From NCBI GenBank assembly GCA_965197745.1, contig CBDANS010000006.1:1184001-1248000 (forward strand): DNA of 64,000 nt. Direction: 5' to 3'. This stretch comes from Opitutales bacterium. GTDB taxonomy: Bacteria > Verrucomicrobiota > Verrucomicrobiia > Opitutales > PNEW01. Under the pieces are notes generated by a model, which did not search any database, had not been told where the DNA came from, and saw nothing but the letters and a program-made list of their open reading frames with translations. The position numbers and the translations under genes are program-made. Shown piece by piece: positions 10,469 to 21,434 of the stretch (positions are counted from its first letter, which is position 1; every line of letters begins with the position of its first letter).

Positions 10469-11479
10469 GTGATGTCTCCTACATTCCCAATTAATACATC
10501 TATTATATCCAGTGATGCTCTCCTGGAAAGAGTGTTAAATAGATATGTATTTAAAGGGGAAATAGAGTGTCATTTCTTTTGTTCTCGTGTAAATGACACA
10601 TATATTGTCGAAACGGATTCGAAGACTTACTACCTCCGCGTATATTATTACAGATGGAGATCGAGACGAGATATAGATGCAGAAATTGAACTTTTAAATT
10701 ATCTAAAGAAAAAGAAGATACCTGTTTCTGTCCCCGTAAAAAGAAAAGACGGATCATACATTACCAGGATAAATGCACCTGAGGGCATTCGATATGCCGT
10801 GTTATTTACAGGTGCTGAGGGTAGAGTTCCTCTTAATATGAACAATAAGCGTAGTTCATTATATGGAAAACTAGTAGCTAAAATTCACAATGTGACAGAT
10901 AAACTGGATAAAGAATATTTGAGATTCCACATTGATCTGAAGCATTTAATTGATGATCCATTGTGTCATATAGAATCATTACTTAAACATAGAAAAAACG
11001 ATTTTAATTATCTTTGTAAAATTGGAGAATCGCTGAAGCTTGAAATCGACAAGTTGTTACCCAAAACCAAACCACAATATGGAATATGTCATGGTGACCA
11101 CTTTGGTGGTAATGTTTTCTTTAACGAAAACGATGAATTGACGCTATTTGATTTTGATTGTTTTGGATATGGATGGAGAGCTTACGATATTGCTGTTTTT
11201 CTGTCTTCTAGAACTACAATTGGCAATTGGAGTATAGAAGCGAATTCAAAAAGGACAAGACGTTGGAACGCTTTCTTGAAAGGTTATACTAAGGAACGAG
11301 AGCTGAGTGACGAAGAAATAATAGCAACAAAGATATTCGTTCCGATTAGGCAAATATGGGTTTTAGGTTTGCAAACACAAAGTTCCGAACGATTCGGAAG
11401 AGCATGGATGGGCGATGCATATTTCGACCAGCATATTAATTTCATCAAGGATTGGATTAAAAACTACAAAGTATTATGA
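10469..11479 (+). CDS. Phosphotransferase (type II homoserine kinase/APH-like)
   Basis: CHGDHFGGN, LFDFDCFGYGWRAYDIA. Confidence 0.85.
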   Translation: MMSPTFPINTSIISSDALLERVLNRYVFKGEIECHFFCSRVNDTYIVETDSKTYYLRVYYYRWRSRRDIDAEIELLNYLKKKKIPVSVPVKRKDGSYITRINAPEGIRYAVLFTGAEGRVPLNMNNKRSSLYGKLVAKIHNVTDKLDKEYLRFHIDLKHLIDDPLCHIESLLKHRKNDFNYLCKIGESLKLEIDKLLPKTKPQYGICHGDHFGGNVFFNENDELTLFDFDCFGYGWRAYDIAVFLSSRTTIGNWSIEANSKRTRRWNAFLKGYTKERELSDEEIIATKIFVPIRQIWVLGLQTQSSERFGRAWMGDAYFDQHINFIKDWIKNYKVL

Positions 11480-11579
11480 GTGTTCTAACTAGTGATTCTT
11501 GAACACAATTTCATCAATCTATTATTGGAAATAAAGGCTCAATTCAAAATTTAATACCAGCAAACAGTGTCGAATAAAA

Positions 11580-12596
11580 ATGAATATCGACTATATCATT
11601 AAATATTTCAACAAGCGCAAAACCAGAATTAATCCGGATAAAGAACCTGGGTTTAGTTCTGCAATAATCCATAATGGGCAGATGATTTATGAATTAAATC
11701 ATGGTCTAGCCAATCTTGAGCATGAAACTCCGCTAACCAGCAGTTCTCTGTACTATTTGGCTTCAGTGTCTAAACAGTTTACTGCGACCTGTGTTTTAAA
11801 TTTAGTAAACGATAAACGACTAAAGTTAAGTCAGGACATTAGAGAGATTGTAAAGGAGACAAAACATTTTAAAAAGAAAATCACAGTTCAAAATTTATTA
11901 AATCATACAAGTGGTATACCAGATTACTTCCAGTATTTTGCTTGTCAGCTTGGGCGACATCCAAGTGACTACTTTGAAAACGCAGATATTTTAAGAGTTT
12001 TGAGTAATATTTATTCCGTTGATTTTCAACCAAACGAAAAATTTAGTTATAGTAATACCAACTATATTATTCTCACCCAGATAGTAAAACTTATCTCTGG
12101 AATATCGTTTCCTAAGTATGCAAAAAAAGTAATATTCACTCCCTTAGGAATGAAAATAACGCTTTTTGATAACGATAGGTACAAAGTTATTAAGAATCGG
12201 GTATATAGTTATACTACTGAGTCTAACAAACCACGAAGATATAGAGTTGAATTGAAAAATTCGTGTACCGTTGGCGATGGAGGTGTTCTTTCTAATATCA
12301 ACGACCTTGCTAAATGGGAGATAAACTTCCATGACAATAAAATCTTACCAAAGAATATAATTAGAAGACTAACAAACAATTTAAGATTATCGAATGGTAA
12401 GTATGTTAATTATGGTAATGGTCTATTTCTGAAAGATGTAGGTAAATATAAATTAAATTATCATGGTGGAGCGTTTGAGGGATTTCGTACATATAATCTT
12501 AGAGTTCCATCAATGAAATTGTCTGTTATTTATCTTTCTAACAATCCTTCACAAGTTTTTGATTTTAACCCCAGTTTCATTTTTAGAAAGAAATAG
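11580..12596 (+). CDS. Serine hydrolase, beta-lactamase/transpeptidase-like (no signal peptide)
   Basis: SVSK (SxxK), LLNHTSG, YSN, HGG. Confidence 0.85.
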   Translation: MNIDYIIKYFNKRKTRINPDKEPGFSSAIIHNGQMIYELNHGLANLEHETPLTSSSLYYLASVSKQFTATCVLNLVNDKRLKLSQDIREIVKETKHFKKKITVQNLLNHTSGIPDYFQYFACQLGRHPSDYFENADILRVLSNIYSVDFQPNEKFSYSNTNYIILTQIVKLISGISFPKYAKKVIFTPLGMKITLFDNDRYKVIKNRVYSYTTESNKPRRYRVELKNSCTVGDGGVLSNINDLAKWEINFHDNKILPKNIIRRLTNNLRLSNGKYVNYGNGLFLKDVGKYKLNYHGGAFEGFRTYNLRVPSMKLSVIYLSNNPSQVFDFNPSFIFRKK

Positions 12597-12602
12597 CTGA
12601 CG

Positions 12603-13892
12603 TGACCTGCACCCGATTACTGTACCAGAGCCAGTGTTAGATCCGGCAGGGTGGTATGGGTTTTAATTTTCTTAGACATGGCTCTCTGGGCGTATTCGGC
12701 CGGAGGCCGATAGCCCAGAGAGCTGTGTGGTCTTTGAGTATTATAATCAAGCCGCCAGGTTTCAAGTTTTTCTTTCACTTGTACCAGCGTAATAAATATC
12801 TCGGTGTTAAGAAGTTCATCGCGCAAGCGTCCATTGAAGCTCTCTATATAGCCATTTTCTACGGGTTTACCTGGCCGGATAAAATCCAGCTCGATGCCAT
12901 GGCCATAAGCCCACTGATCCATTACTTTGCCGGCAAACTCAGGACCATTATCGACGGTAATGGTTTCGGGAAGACCGATTCGTTCAGCGGCTTTCGTAAG
13001 TGCTGCAGTGACTTTATGACCACCGATGGACGTATCGGCCAGAAGCAGTGGGCAAGCTCGGGTATACTGATCGACAACGGTGAGAATGCGGAAAGGGCGG
13101 CCGTTGACCAGCCGATCGCTCATAAAGTCCATCGACCAGCGTTCCTGGGCAGCTGAAGCCGCGGGCAGTGAGACCCGCCTTTGCGCGGCACGCTTCTTAC
13201 GTTTCTTCGTGCGCACTTCCAGCCCTTCAGCCTTGTAGATCCGATAGACGCGTTTCTTTCCTACCGACCAGCCCTCCCGCTTTAACCAGCCCTCCCGCTT
13301 TAATAACACCGTGATTCGCCTATACCCGTAGCGCACACGCGCGGCGGCGAGGTCTCGTATGCGCACAATCAGCGCGCGTTCGTCCCTCATCACCGGCTGA
13401 TAGTTATAACTCGACCAATACAACTGCATCAGCCTGCACGCCCGGCGTTTGCTCACTGCATAAGCTTCCACTAACCACTCAACAATCGCCTTCTTGCCCA
13501 CTGGCTTTATAACTTTTTTGCGATTACTTCCTGCAGCATGTGCTTGTCCAGGCTCAGATCAGCTACCAGTTTCTTCAAACTGCTGTTCTCTTCGTCAAGT
13601 TGCTTCAGCCGTCTTAATTCACTTATTCCCATGCCCGCGTATTTACCCTTCCAACGGTGGTAGGTCTGTTCGCTCACCCCTAACTCCCGGCACACTTCAG
13701 CGATCCTTCGACCACCTTCAACCTGCCTTAGGGCATAGATGATTTGTTCATTATTATAGCGTTTGTCAGGCCTTCTCGGCTGCGCCTCGTTTTCCTTTGC
13801 TTTTCATGGGTCGTTCTTTCTTCTATTATTTATTTGTTTTTCACCCATGCCAGACTAAATCTTGGCTGCTACAGTTTTTCGGGGACAGGTCA
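12603..13892 (-). mobile_element. IS3-family element type B (1290 bp); orfA disrupted by a 34-bp insertion, orfB 12617-13501
   Basis: IRs TGACCTGTCCCCGAAAAACTGTAG / TGACCTGCACCCGATTACTGTAC; A6G slippery site ~13513-13519; [22 protein letters not shown]; no TSD. Confidence 0.95.
13268..13303. repeat. 18-bp tandem duplication in orfB (LKREGW x2)
   Basis: ccagccctcccgctttaa repeated twice, in frame. Confidence 0.95.
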
Positions 13893-14085
13893 ACTAAAAA
13901 AACTCTTGCCCAATTCCTGGCTGAAAATCAACAAAAAGCATGATTCCTGCCCATTCCTGCCAAGCATTTAGAGGCAACGTCAGGAAATCAGAGGAAAACA
14001 TAAATTATTTATGTATCGCTATTTAAGTTTAAACATTTATTAATAAGTGACTTATGAACATTACTAAGTTCCGTTCATAGTCGGT

Positions 14086-15496
14086 TATACAGTTCGTTAC
14101 ATCTTTCATAAACCGAACTACTCTTTCATCGAGAAAGCAGCGAGTTTGACTGGGGCCGGCCAAAGCGCGCGTCAATATAACTGTCCCTTTTATGCTCCCC
14201 GACATTATTTAAAGCAGTTTCTCCCGAAGTATGTCTCTTCAGCAGAACTCGCTCGTAAAGTTAAAGCCTACGGAATGGAGAGTTGGGTTTCGCTCTTCAT
14301 CCGCGTGTCAAGGTTGCACGAAAACCCGAAATTACCCGTGGTGGGACCATGGAAGACAGTAACACCAATTACCGGTGACGTCTTTTCTCTCGAGCGCAAC
14401 CCCTATTACTTTGCTGTCGATCCCGAAGGGAATCAGTTGCCCTACATCGATCGCATTGAAATGAATCTGGTTGAAGACATAGAAGTCTTTAACATGCGAG
14501 TAATTTCGGGGGCGGTTGACATGCAGCATCGTCATGTCCTTCTCGACAAAGTGCCGGTCCTGAAAAGCGAGGCGAAGAAGGGCAACTACCGGGTGCTTTT
14601 ATGGCCGGGCCTGGGAGGTTCCGATGCGGCTATTTTTTGTCAACCAGACGTGGCAGGGGGATCCGGAGATTGAAAAGTGGCTGCGAAGTCGCGATTTTCG
14701 TATGGCCCTCTCACTCGGCATTGATCGTGAAGAAATTAACGAGGCCATTTTTTTAGGAATCGGTGAGCCGCGACCGTTCGTAACCCTTCCCGGGAACAGG
14801 TTCTACCCTGGCCCGGAATACGAGAGGAAGTATGCCGAACGCGATCTAGTGAAAGCCAACGCGATCTTGGACCGTATCGGCTTAGCGTCGAAGGGCAAGA
14901 ATGGATACCGTTTACGAACGGATAATAAGGAACCGTTGATTTTTACCCTGGCGGTGTTAAGTCGAACCTTTTTAAATTTCGAAGGCATCGGTGAACTGGT
15001 GATTCGCCACGGGAAAGACATCGGCATTAATTTACATTTAAAAGTTGAGGAACGCAGTCTGTTTTTTAGACGATCGGAAAGTAACGAACAACAACTTGCG
15101 ATGTTTGGTCCCGCCGCGGTAAAACCGTGGGCCTATCCACAGATAACCATACCGATTAATAGACAGGCGAATTTCGCACCAGACGTCGGTATATGGTACC
15201 AATCGGATGGTAAAAGAGGAATAGCTCCTACCGGTGGTCTCAAACAGCTGCTCGATATATATGATAAAGGCAATAGCGTACCCTTAGAGAAACGCATCGA
15301 TCTGGGCAAAGAGCTGTGGCGCGTTCACGTTGATAATCTTTACGCCATTGGACTCATTGGGAACTCCCCAGCCTATAACGGCGTGGTAGTGGTGAAGAAT
15401 TATTTTCGTAATGTCCCGGATGTTGCCCCCAACAGCTCAGCTCATCAAAACCCGGGCATTGTTCGTCCCGAACAGTTTTTCTTCGAGCAGAACTAA
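14086..15496 (+). pseudogene. 3' fragment of the family-5 ABC solute-binding protein, with a +1 frameshift at T6 14633-14638
   Basis: YTVRYIFHKPNY...ERNPYYFAVDPEGNQLPYIDRI...FRMALSLGIDREEI...PEQFFFE; continues the 4125 fragment. Confidence 0.85.
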
Positions 15497-15570
15497 CGGG
15501 TAGACGCAAGCTGATCAATAGTTTGACTTTGTTCCTTGCCCATGCAGAGAAAGCAATCTGCCCCTTTTTC

Positions 15571-16484
15571 CTAAATAGTAGTCTTTTCTATGGGGAACGA
15601 GATGGCCGCTCCATCTTCATTCACGAAAGTGGTACTGATCACCTGTTTCGTTGGCTGGGCAGTCCCGTCAGACTTGACATTGTTCTGTATGATCAGGGTT
15701 TCAAATCCTCGACTCTGTGAATTACCCGCCGCAACTCTAACCGATACATTGTTGGTCTGACGAAGATCCCCGCCGGCTACACGCATCCCTGGATTGGGTG
15801 CGGCAACGGTGAAGGAATCATCACCAAATAAAAGATAGGGAACCGCATCGCCCGAGGCGTCGATATCACCGATCAACACCCGGACTGCCACAGACACTCC
15901 GGGGGCTTTTAACCCCACGTCCCCGGTGTCGTGATTGAATCGGGTGTTCGCGCAGAGAATACCTCCAAATCCTGTTGAGTTGGTGATTTCAAGTAGCGCG
16001 ACATCGGCCATGGCGTCATAATCTTCACCTTTGGGAAAAAGGGCTTGATTCACGGCATTGATCGAACCCACCGTGAAGATACTTAAGAAAGTATTTTCGT
16101 CGGCCTGTTCCACTCTTATCGTTGGGCGTCCTCCAACGTAATTCACGGTCGGTTGATTGTATTTTGCCGGTGGGGCCGCGGCGACAAAAGTATCCGGGTC
16201 AAGGCTAACCGTTACCACGGCGTTACCGGAAAACTCAACCTGTGTAATATCTTCGTTCACATCGAGGAAGGAGACACGAGTGATCTCGGAACCATCCGTG
16301 AGCAGCGTCACGCTTTCACCGGTAAGCAAGACCTGATTATAAATATTTCCATCGGGATGGGTGATATCTTCGCCAACAACGACTCCCTCACCGCTTTCTA
16401 CCAGATCGGCAGACTCTAAAGTCGTGCCAAGAAAAGTAAGAAAAGAAAGAGCCACTAAATATTTGTGTAAATCTTCATATCCAT
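15571..16484 (-). CDS. Secreted protein consisting only of the shared 'HPxGxIYDQVLLTG' C-terminal domain
   Basis: ORF 15571-16455; upstream ATG 16484/16478 joins if one A is restored at ~16462 (signal peptide MKIYTKYLVALSFLTFLG); paralogous to C-termini of 48613 and 54272. Confidence 0.75.
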
Positions 16485-16805
16485 AACTATTTTATTATAT
16501 TAAAAGAACAGATAAGTATAAGGAGTTCTCCACACGCAGCAAGAAATTAGGTTTAGGTCTGTTCCACGGGCATTATTTTAACAAGCTCTTTACATTCGAT
16601 TTCTCTCGAGCGAATCAGTATGTCTGACGCTGCTTTGCGGTGTTTCATTCTTTAAGGGATAAGGAAGAATTGGCCTGAAAGTCAGTTTATAAATTTAACA
16701 TTTGATTAATGAGAAAAATTTCGGGTTATATTTGGAGCTATCAATAATGCTTAATCATTCAAATTCTTGCCCCCCATTCCCAATTAGTTAACGGAGGAAT
16801 ATTTA

Positions 16806-18287
16806 GTGCGTATTGCCGTTGGATGTATCGGACACGAAACCAATACTTTTTCTCTTGTTCCCACCACTATCGATAGCTTCAAAAAGCGGAGTTACTTTAT
16901 CGGTGAGGAAATGTTTCCGGAGTTTCGAAATACGGGCACCATCATGGGGGGGGGTATGGACGCCGCAGAGCAATTGGGAATAGAACTTATCCCGCTTTTG
17001 TGGACTTTTGCCAACCCGTCTGGAATCGTGAAGCAAACAACCTACGACACGCTGAAAGCTGAGTTCCTGGATCGCTTAAGGGATGCGGGAAAGATCGATG
17101 GTGTCCTCCTTGATTTACACGGGGCAATGACAGTGGAGGAGATCGAAGATGGCGAGGGGGACTTAATGGCGGCTGTGCATGATCTAGTCGGGGAACTGCC
17201 AATTATAACAACGCTGGATCTTCATGCGAACATAGGTCCTCAAATGGTGAAAAATTCAGACATCATCATCGGGTACGATACCTATCCTCATGTCGATATG
17301 TACGATCGCGGGTATGAAGCGGCGCAATTACTGGTTAAAATTATTAAGGGTAGTGTTAAACCGACGATGGCTTATCGACAGCTCCCCTTGCTCACCCCAC
17401 CTCCCGGTCAATGTACTATGAGGCAACCGATGATTGATGTTCTAAAAAATCTTCACGCCCTGGAAGAACAGCCCGGCGTGGAAACCGCGACACTGGCGAT
17501 GGGATTTCCATTTGCCGATATTAGTATTGCCGGGGTAACGGTGCTGGTGACGACGAATGGGAACCAGACACTTGCCGATAAACTGGCCGATGAATTTTCG
17601 ACCACTATCTGGGGGATGCGAAAAGAAATTCAGGGAAATCTTGTTTCGATTGAAGAGGCAATAGAGTACGCTAATAAATCCGAGGGGAAACCGATTGTCC
17701 TATCGGAAGGTTCCGATAACCCGGGCGGTGGAGCGCCCTGTGATGGCACGCATATTCTCCGTGCCTTCATCGACGCCGATATGCGAGATACCGTCTTTGC
17801 GATCATTGCCGATCCTGAATCGGTTAAACACGCGATTGAGGCGGGAGTCGGAAACACGGTTTCACTCAAGGTAGGGGGAAAGACTGACCCCAGGCATGGC
17901 GAACCCATCGCCCTCAACGGGTACGTAAAATTAATTACAGATGGAACGTTTGTGCATAAGGGACCGATGAGCCGCGGGATAAAATCAGGAATGGGAATGA
18001 CCGTCGTCCTTATAGTCGGAGGCATCGAAATCATCCTGACAGAGGAACGCACTCAGCCCTTTGACGCCGAGGTTCTTCGCAGTGTCGGTATTGAACCAAC
18101 GGACCGAAAAATTATCGTGCTCAAATCCGCCGTTCACTTTCGTGCCGATTACACCCCGATTGCCCATGAAATCCTCGATGTCGATACCCCCGGTATACAT
18201 AGCCCAAATCTATTAAATTACTCCTATAAAAATGTCCGGCGCCCCATCTATCCGCTGGATGAGAATGCAGAATTTGTGAAAGGATAA
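16806..18287 (+). CDS. M81 family metallopeptidase (MlrC-like)
   Basis: HETNTFS, LDLHGAM, LDLHAN, TYPHVD, DNPGGG, KSAVHFRA. Confidence 0.9.
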   Translation: MRIAVGCIGHETNTFSLVPTTIDSFKKRSYFIGEEMFPEFRNTGTIMGGGMDAAEQLGIELIPLLWTFANPSGIVKQTTYDTLKAEFLDRLRDAGKIDGVLLDLHGAMTVEEIEDGEGDLMAAVHDLVGELPIITTLDLHANIGPQMVKNSDIIIGYDTYPHVDMYDRGYEAAQLLVKIIKGSVKPTMAYRQLPLLTPPPGQCTMRQPMIDVLKNLHALEEQPGVETATLAMGFPFADISIAGVTVLVTTNGNQTLADKLADEFSTTIWGMRKEIQGNLVSIEEAIEYANKSEGKPIVLSEGSDNPGGGAPCDGTHILRAFIDADMRDTVFAIIADPESVKHAIEAGVGNTVSLKVGGKTDPRHGEPIALNGYVKLITDGTFVHKGPMSRGIKSGMGMTVVLIVGGIEIILTEERTQPFDAEVLRSVGIEPTDRKIIVLKSAVHFRADYTPIAHEILDVDTPGIHSPNLLNYSYKNVRRPIYPLDENAEFVKG

Positions 18288-18394
18288 TCCGCCGGTGCAA
18301 ATGGCAGAGAACAAAGCTTTTAATTCAGCCCTTGTCATAGGCGACACAGTCATCTCTACTTATACTGGTTTTCATTTTAACTTCGATAAATACT

Positions 18395-19255
18395 ATGGCT
18401 TATAAATTTGATCCGAGTACGATGTACATGATGCCGACCCACTTTGGCCAGGGTCTGGGTCCGAGGCAGGGGCCTCAGAAACGAAAATTCGAATGCAAGG
18501 ATAATCCGAAGAGTAAAAGCTTCTCTGTAAGTTTCCTGACGAATCGCGAACAACTCGAGGCCCTCTTACCCGAACGATTCGAGGTAGGGGAGGAGCCGCT
18601 CGTAACCGTTTTTGCTACATACATGAAAGAAATCGAATGGTTGGCCGGTCGCGGATATAATGTCCTCGGCGTCAATTTTCCGGCTATCTTTAAAGGAGAG
18701 CGAGACCATGCTGTGGGCGACTTCCTGGCGGTACTTTGGGAAAATTTAACTGATCCGATATTAACCGGACGTGAACAGATTGGATATTCTAAAATCTACT
18801 GCGAAATCCCAGAGCCGTCCGTGCTTGGTGGAGAAACCCATATAACTGCCAGTTGGCTCGGTTTCAAGTTTCTGGATATTAATCTCAAAGAGATGACCCC
18901 TTTAGATAGGGGCCAGCCCCCGGATCGATCAGAGGAATCGAGAGATGAGAAACCGAATGATGCTGTTTTAAAAGGAATGCTGCACTATAAATATATGCCC
19001 AGAACAGGAGAGTGGGGGACCGCCGATGCCAGCTATGCCGTTCTCACCCCGGAAGAAAATCCGAATTGGACAGCGAAAGAAGAATCACAGGGCAAGGGAA
19101 CGGTGGAATTTCATAAAGCAAGGTGGGAGGATATGCCGACGCAGTATTTAATCGTCAACGGGTTGCAAGAACTGGAAATAAAGGAATACCGCGATGCGAC
19201 ATATTGTAAAAGTGTGGGTGGAAAAGACTTAAGTGATCAAAGGATCCTTCTCTAA
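18395..19255 (+). CDS. Acetoacetate decarboxylase-like protein
   Basis: PILTGREQIGYSKIY motif. Confidence 0.8.
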   Translation: MAYKFDPSTMYMMPTHFGQGLGPRQGPQKRKFECKDNPKSKSFSVSFLTNREQLEALLPERFEVGEEPLVTVFATYMKEIEWLAGRGYNVLGVNFPAIFKGERDHAVGDFLAVLWENLTDPILTGREQIGYSKIYCEIPEPSVLGGETHITASWLGFKFLDINLKEMTPLDRGQPPDRSEESRDEKPNDAVLKGMLHYKYMPRTGEWGTADASYAVLTPEENPNWTAKEESQGKGTVEFHKARWEDMPTQYLIVNGLQELEIKEYRDATYCKSVGGKDLSDQRILL

Positions 19256-19309
19256 AGACAGGGATAATGGGGGCAAGCGGTAATTTATTTTAATCAGGAA
19301 AAAACAATA

Positions 19310-20275
19310 ATGAAAAAAGCATTTTGGGAAAGTTTACCCAAGGGTTTTCATCACCGACGGATGGGAACCAGGAAAATCGGATTTGAGTGCTTCGTCTGGA
19401 AAGGGGACCCGGGTGAGGTGGTGTTGGCCAACGGTTCCACGCATGGAGATGAATATGAAGGACCGATTTTTTTAATGTCACTGGTCAATACCTGGAGACC
19501 GCTTAATCTTCGGGGCACTGTTATCATTATCCCGATCTTAAATGAAGGGGCCTTTAAGGCCGGGACAAGGTGTCGTCCCGATGATGAAAAAGATTTATCG
19601 CGTGTATTTCCGGGTAAATCGAAAGGGAGCTCCACGGAGCGACTGGCCAACTTATGCCTTAATGAATTAATAAGGCACATCAATTACTGGTTTGATTTTC
19701 ATAGTGCCGGTCCTATTAACGAAATCGCACAGTTCGTCGGTTATTATACTCATCCAAACCGTAAAGTGAATGAAGCGCAGGAAAAGATGGCTGCCTGTTT
19801 TGACAGGTACTGGCACTGGGCTGCTCCTTATCTGCCCGGTCGAACCGCGAGCGCAGCTCACGAGTTAAATGTCCCCTTCAATTACACCGAAAGTCGAGGT
19901 GGGGGAGGTGTATTAAATGAGGACCTGGCGATACACAAAGAAGGGTTCTTCGAATTTTTAAAAAGGTTCAACTTTATAAAAGGAAAGAAGAGAAAATTGC
20001 GCAGGCAGACGATAAGAATCAGCGATCGAGCAGAAGAAGCGCATCTTCAAACAACCCACCTGTCTCCCGCTTCCGGGTTATTGAGATTGAATGTAAAAGT
20101 CAGAGATAGAGTAAAGAAAGGGCAGATTATAGGTCATGTATATCCCCTTGATGGCGCTCCGGCCAAAAGCATAAAGGCGGAAAATTCGGGCACGGTTGTC
20201 GTCCTTCACCGCAGGGGGACCACGCAAAAAGGAGGGGTGACGGTGACGATTGTGCCGTTAAAGGGAAGAATATAA
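19310..20275 (+). CDS. Succinylglutamate desuccinylase/aspartoacylase (M14) family
   Basis: HGDEYEG, DLSRVFPG, DFHS, C-terminal biotinyl-like domain. Confidence 0.85.
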   Translation: MKKAFWESLPKGFHHRRMGTRKIGFECFVWKGDPGEVVLANGSTHGDEYEGPIFLMSLVNTWRPLNLRGTVIIIPILNEGAFKAGTRCRPDDEKDLSRVFPGKSKGSSTERLANLCLNELIRHINYWFDFHSAGPINEIAQFVGYYTHPNRKVNEAQEKMAACFDRYWHWAAPYLPGRTASAAHELNVPFNYTESRGGGGVLNEDLAIHKEGFFEFLKRFNFIKGKKRKLRRQTIRISDRAEEAHLQTTHLSPASGLLRLNVKVRDRVKKGQIIGHVYPLDGAPAKSIKAENSGTVVVLHRRGTTQKGGVTVTIVPLKGRI

Positions 20276-20388
20276 GGTTTAAGCTGTGGCCCTGAAGTGT
20301 ACGGGCCCGTTTTATTTCATAGGGTGATCAAGGACAGACAGCCCGCCTCACCACCGCGCATACCCCTGTTAGACCTTCGACCTAGCAA

Positions 20389-21270
20389 TTAATGATTGTT
20401 TACAAATTTCTGCACCCGCATGCCTAAATTGACGTCCGATACGTAGACAGCTCCATCTTTTCCAACTGCTATATCATGACCCCAGTACAATTGGCCGTTG
20501 TATTTTCCAAAACGACCCCACGTTTCCAAAACGGCTCCATTTAAATCCATTTTCACGGCAACATTGCGTTCCGGCGGGGCCTCTTTGAGTTCACCTCCAT
20601 AGATTACGTAAAGATAACCATCATCTCCCACACTCATTCCCCAGGGTCTTCCGTTTTCTTTGCTAATCCATTCATAGAGGAACTCACCTTCACTATCGAA
20701 TACCTGGATCCTGCTATTTGACCGGTCGGCAACATATACCCTGTTTTTATTGTCTGAGGCAATCCCATGGGGTAAATTGAAGTCACCCGGGGTTTCCCCA
20801 AGTTGGCCCCATTCAGTAAGGTATTGCCCCTCTTTATTAAATTTGACCACGCGGTTATTACCATAACCATCAGATATATAAAAATCACCACTGGGAAGAA
20901 CGGTAACTCCTGTGGGGCCCCCTAAATGGTCATGATCGTCACCGTTGACCTCCTTTTCCCCTATTGTCATCAAGAGTTCTCCATCGTTGCTGAATTTATA
21001 AACTTGATGGTTTCCCGCATCAGTCACCCAGAGGTTATCCTCGGAATCGACTTCAATATCATGGAGGTTATTGAACAAGGTGTCGTCCCAGGATACAACC
21101 TGTTCTCCAGTTTCACCGTCAAAAGCGCGCACTTTGTTGGCGCCGCGATGAGAAATAAACACACGATTGTGAGAATCAACACTGACACCGGTCACCTGAC
21201 CTAAAGAATCGTTTTCCGGCAGTTGTGGCCAACCATGGACCACTTGATAGTTATCGTTAGAATTATCCAT
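20389..21270 (-). CDS. NHL-repeat beta-propeller, peptidyl-alpha-hydroxyglycine lyase-like
   Basis: ISDGYGNNRVVKF, FNLPHGIA, VADRSNSRIQVF. Confidence 0.85.
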   Translation of the reverse strand: MDNSNDNYQVVHGWPQLPENDSLGQVTGVSVDSHNRVFISHRGANKVRAFDGETGEQVVSWDDTLFNNLHDIEVDSEDNLWVTDAGNHQVYKFSNDGELLMTIGEKEVNGDDHDHLGGPTGVTVLPSGDFYISDGYGNNRVVKFNKEGQYLTEWGQLGETPGDFNLPHGIASDNKNRVYVADRSNSRIQVFDSEGEFLYEWISKENGRPWGMSVGDDGYLYVIYGGELKEAPPERNVAVKMDLNGAVLETWGRFGKYNGQLYWGHDIAVGKDGAVYVSDVNLGMRVQKFVNNH

Positions 21271-21434
21271 GATATTTACTTTTCAAATTATTTGTGAAGA
21301 GATTTTTTTAAGTAATTGGGAAGTCTATACTATAGCGAGATAAATTTAATGGAGTTTGGCTATTATTTTTCTGGCAGAAATGCGATCTTACGACAGACTA
21401 TGCCTTAGCCTGTATCAATCATTTCCCTACGTGT

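Noticed and set aside
11580..12596. True beta-lactamase or aminoglycoside-resistance call for island genes
   Set aside because: Only superfamily motifs; no signal peptide on the hydrolase; substrates not inferable
14068..14086. tRNA anticodon-arm-like att core (ccgttcatagtcggt) at the island boundary
   Set aside because: Short, mismatched, with no partner copy and no tRNA in the window
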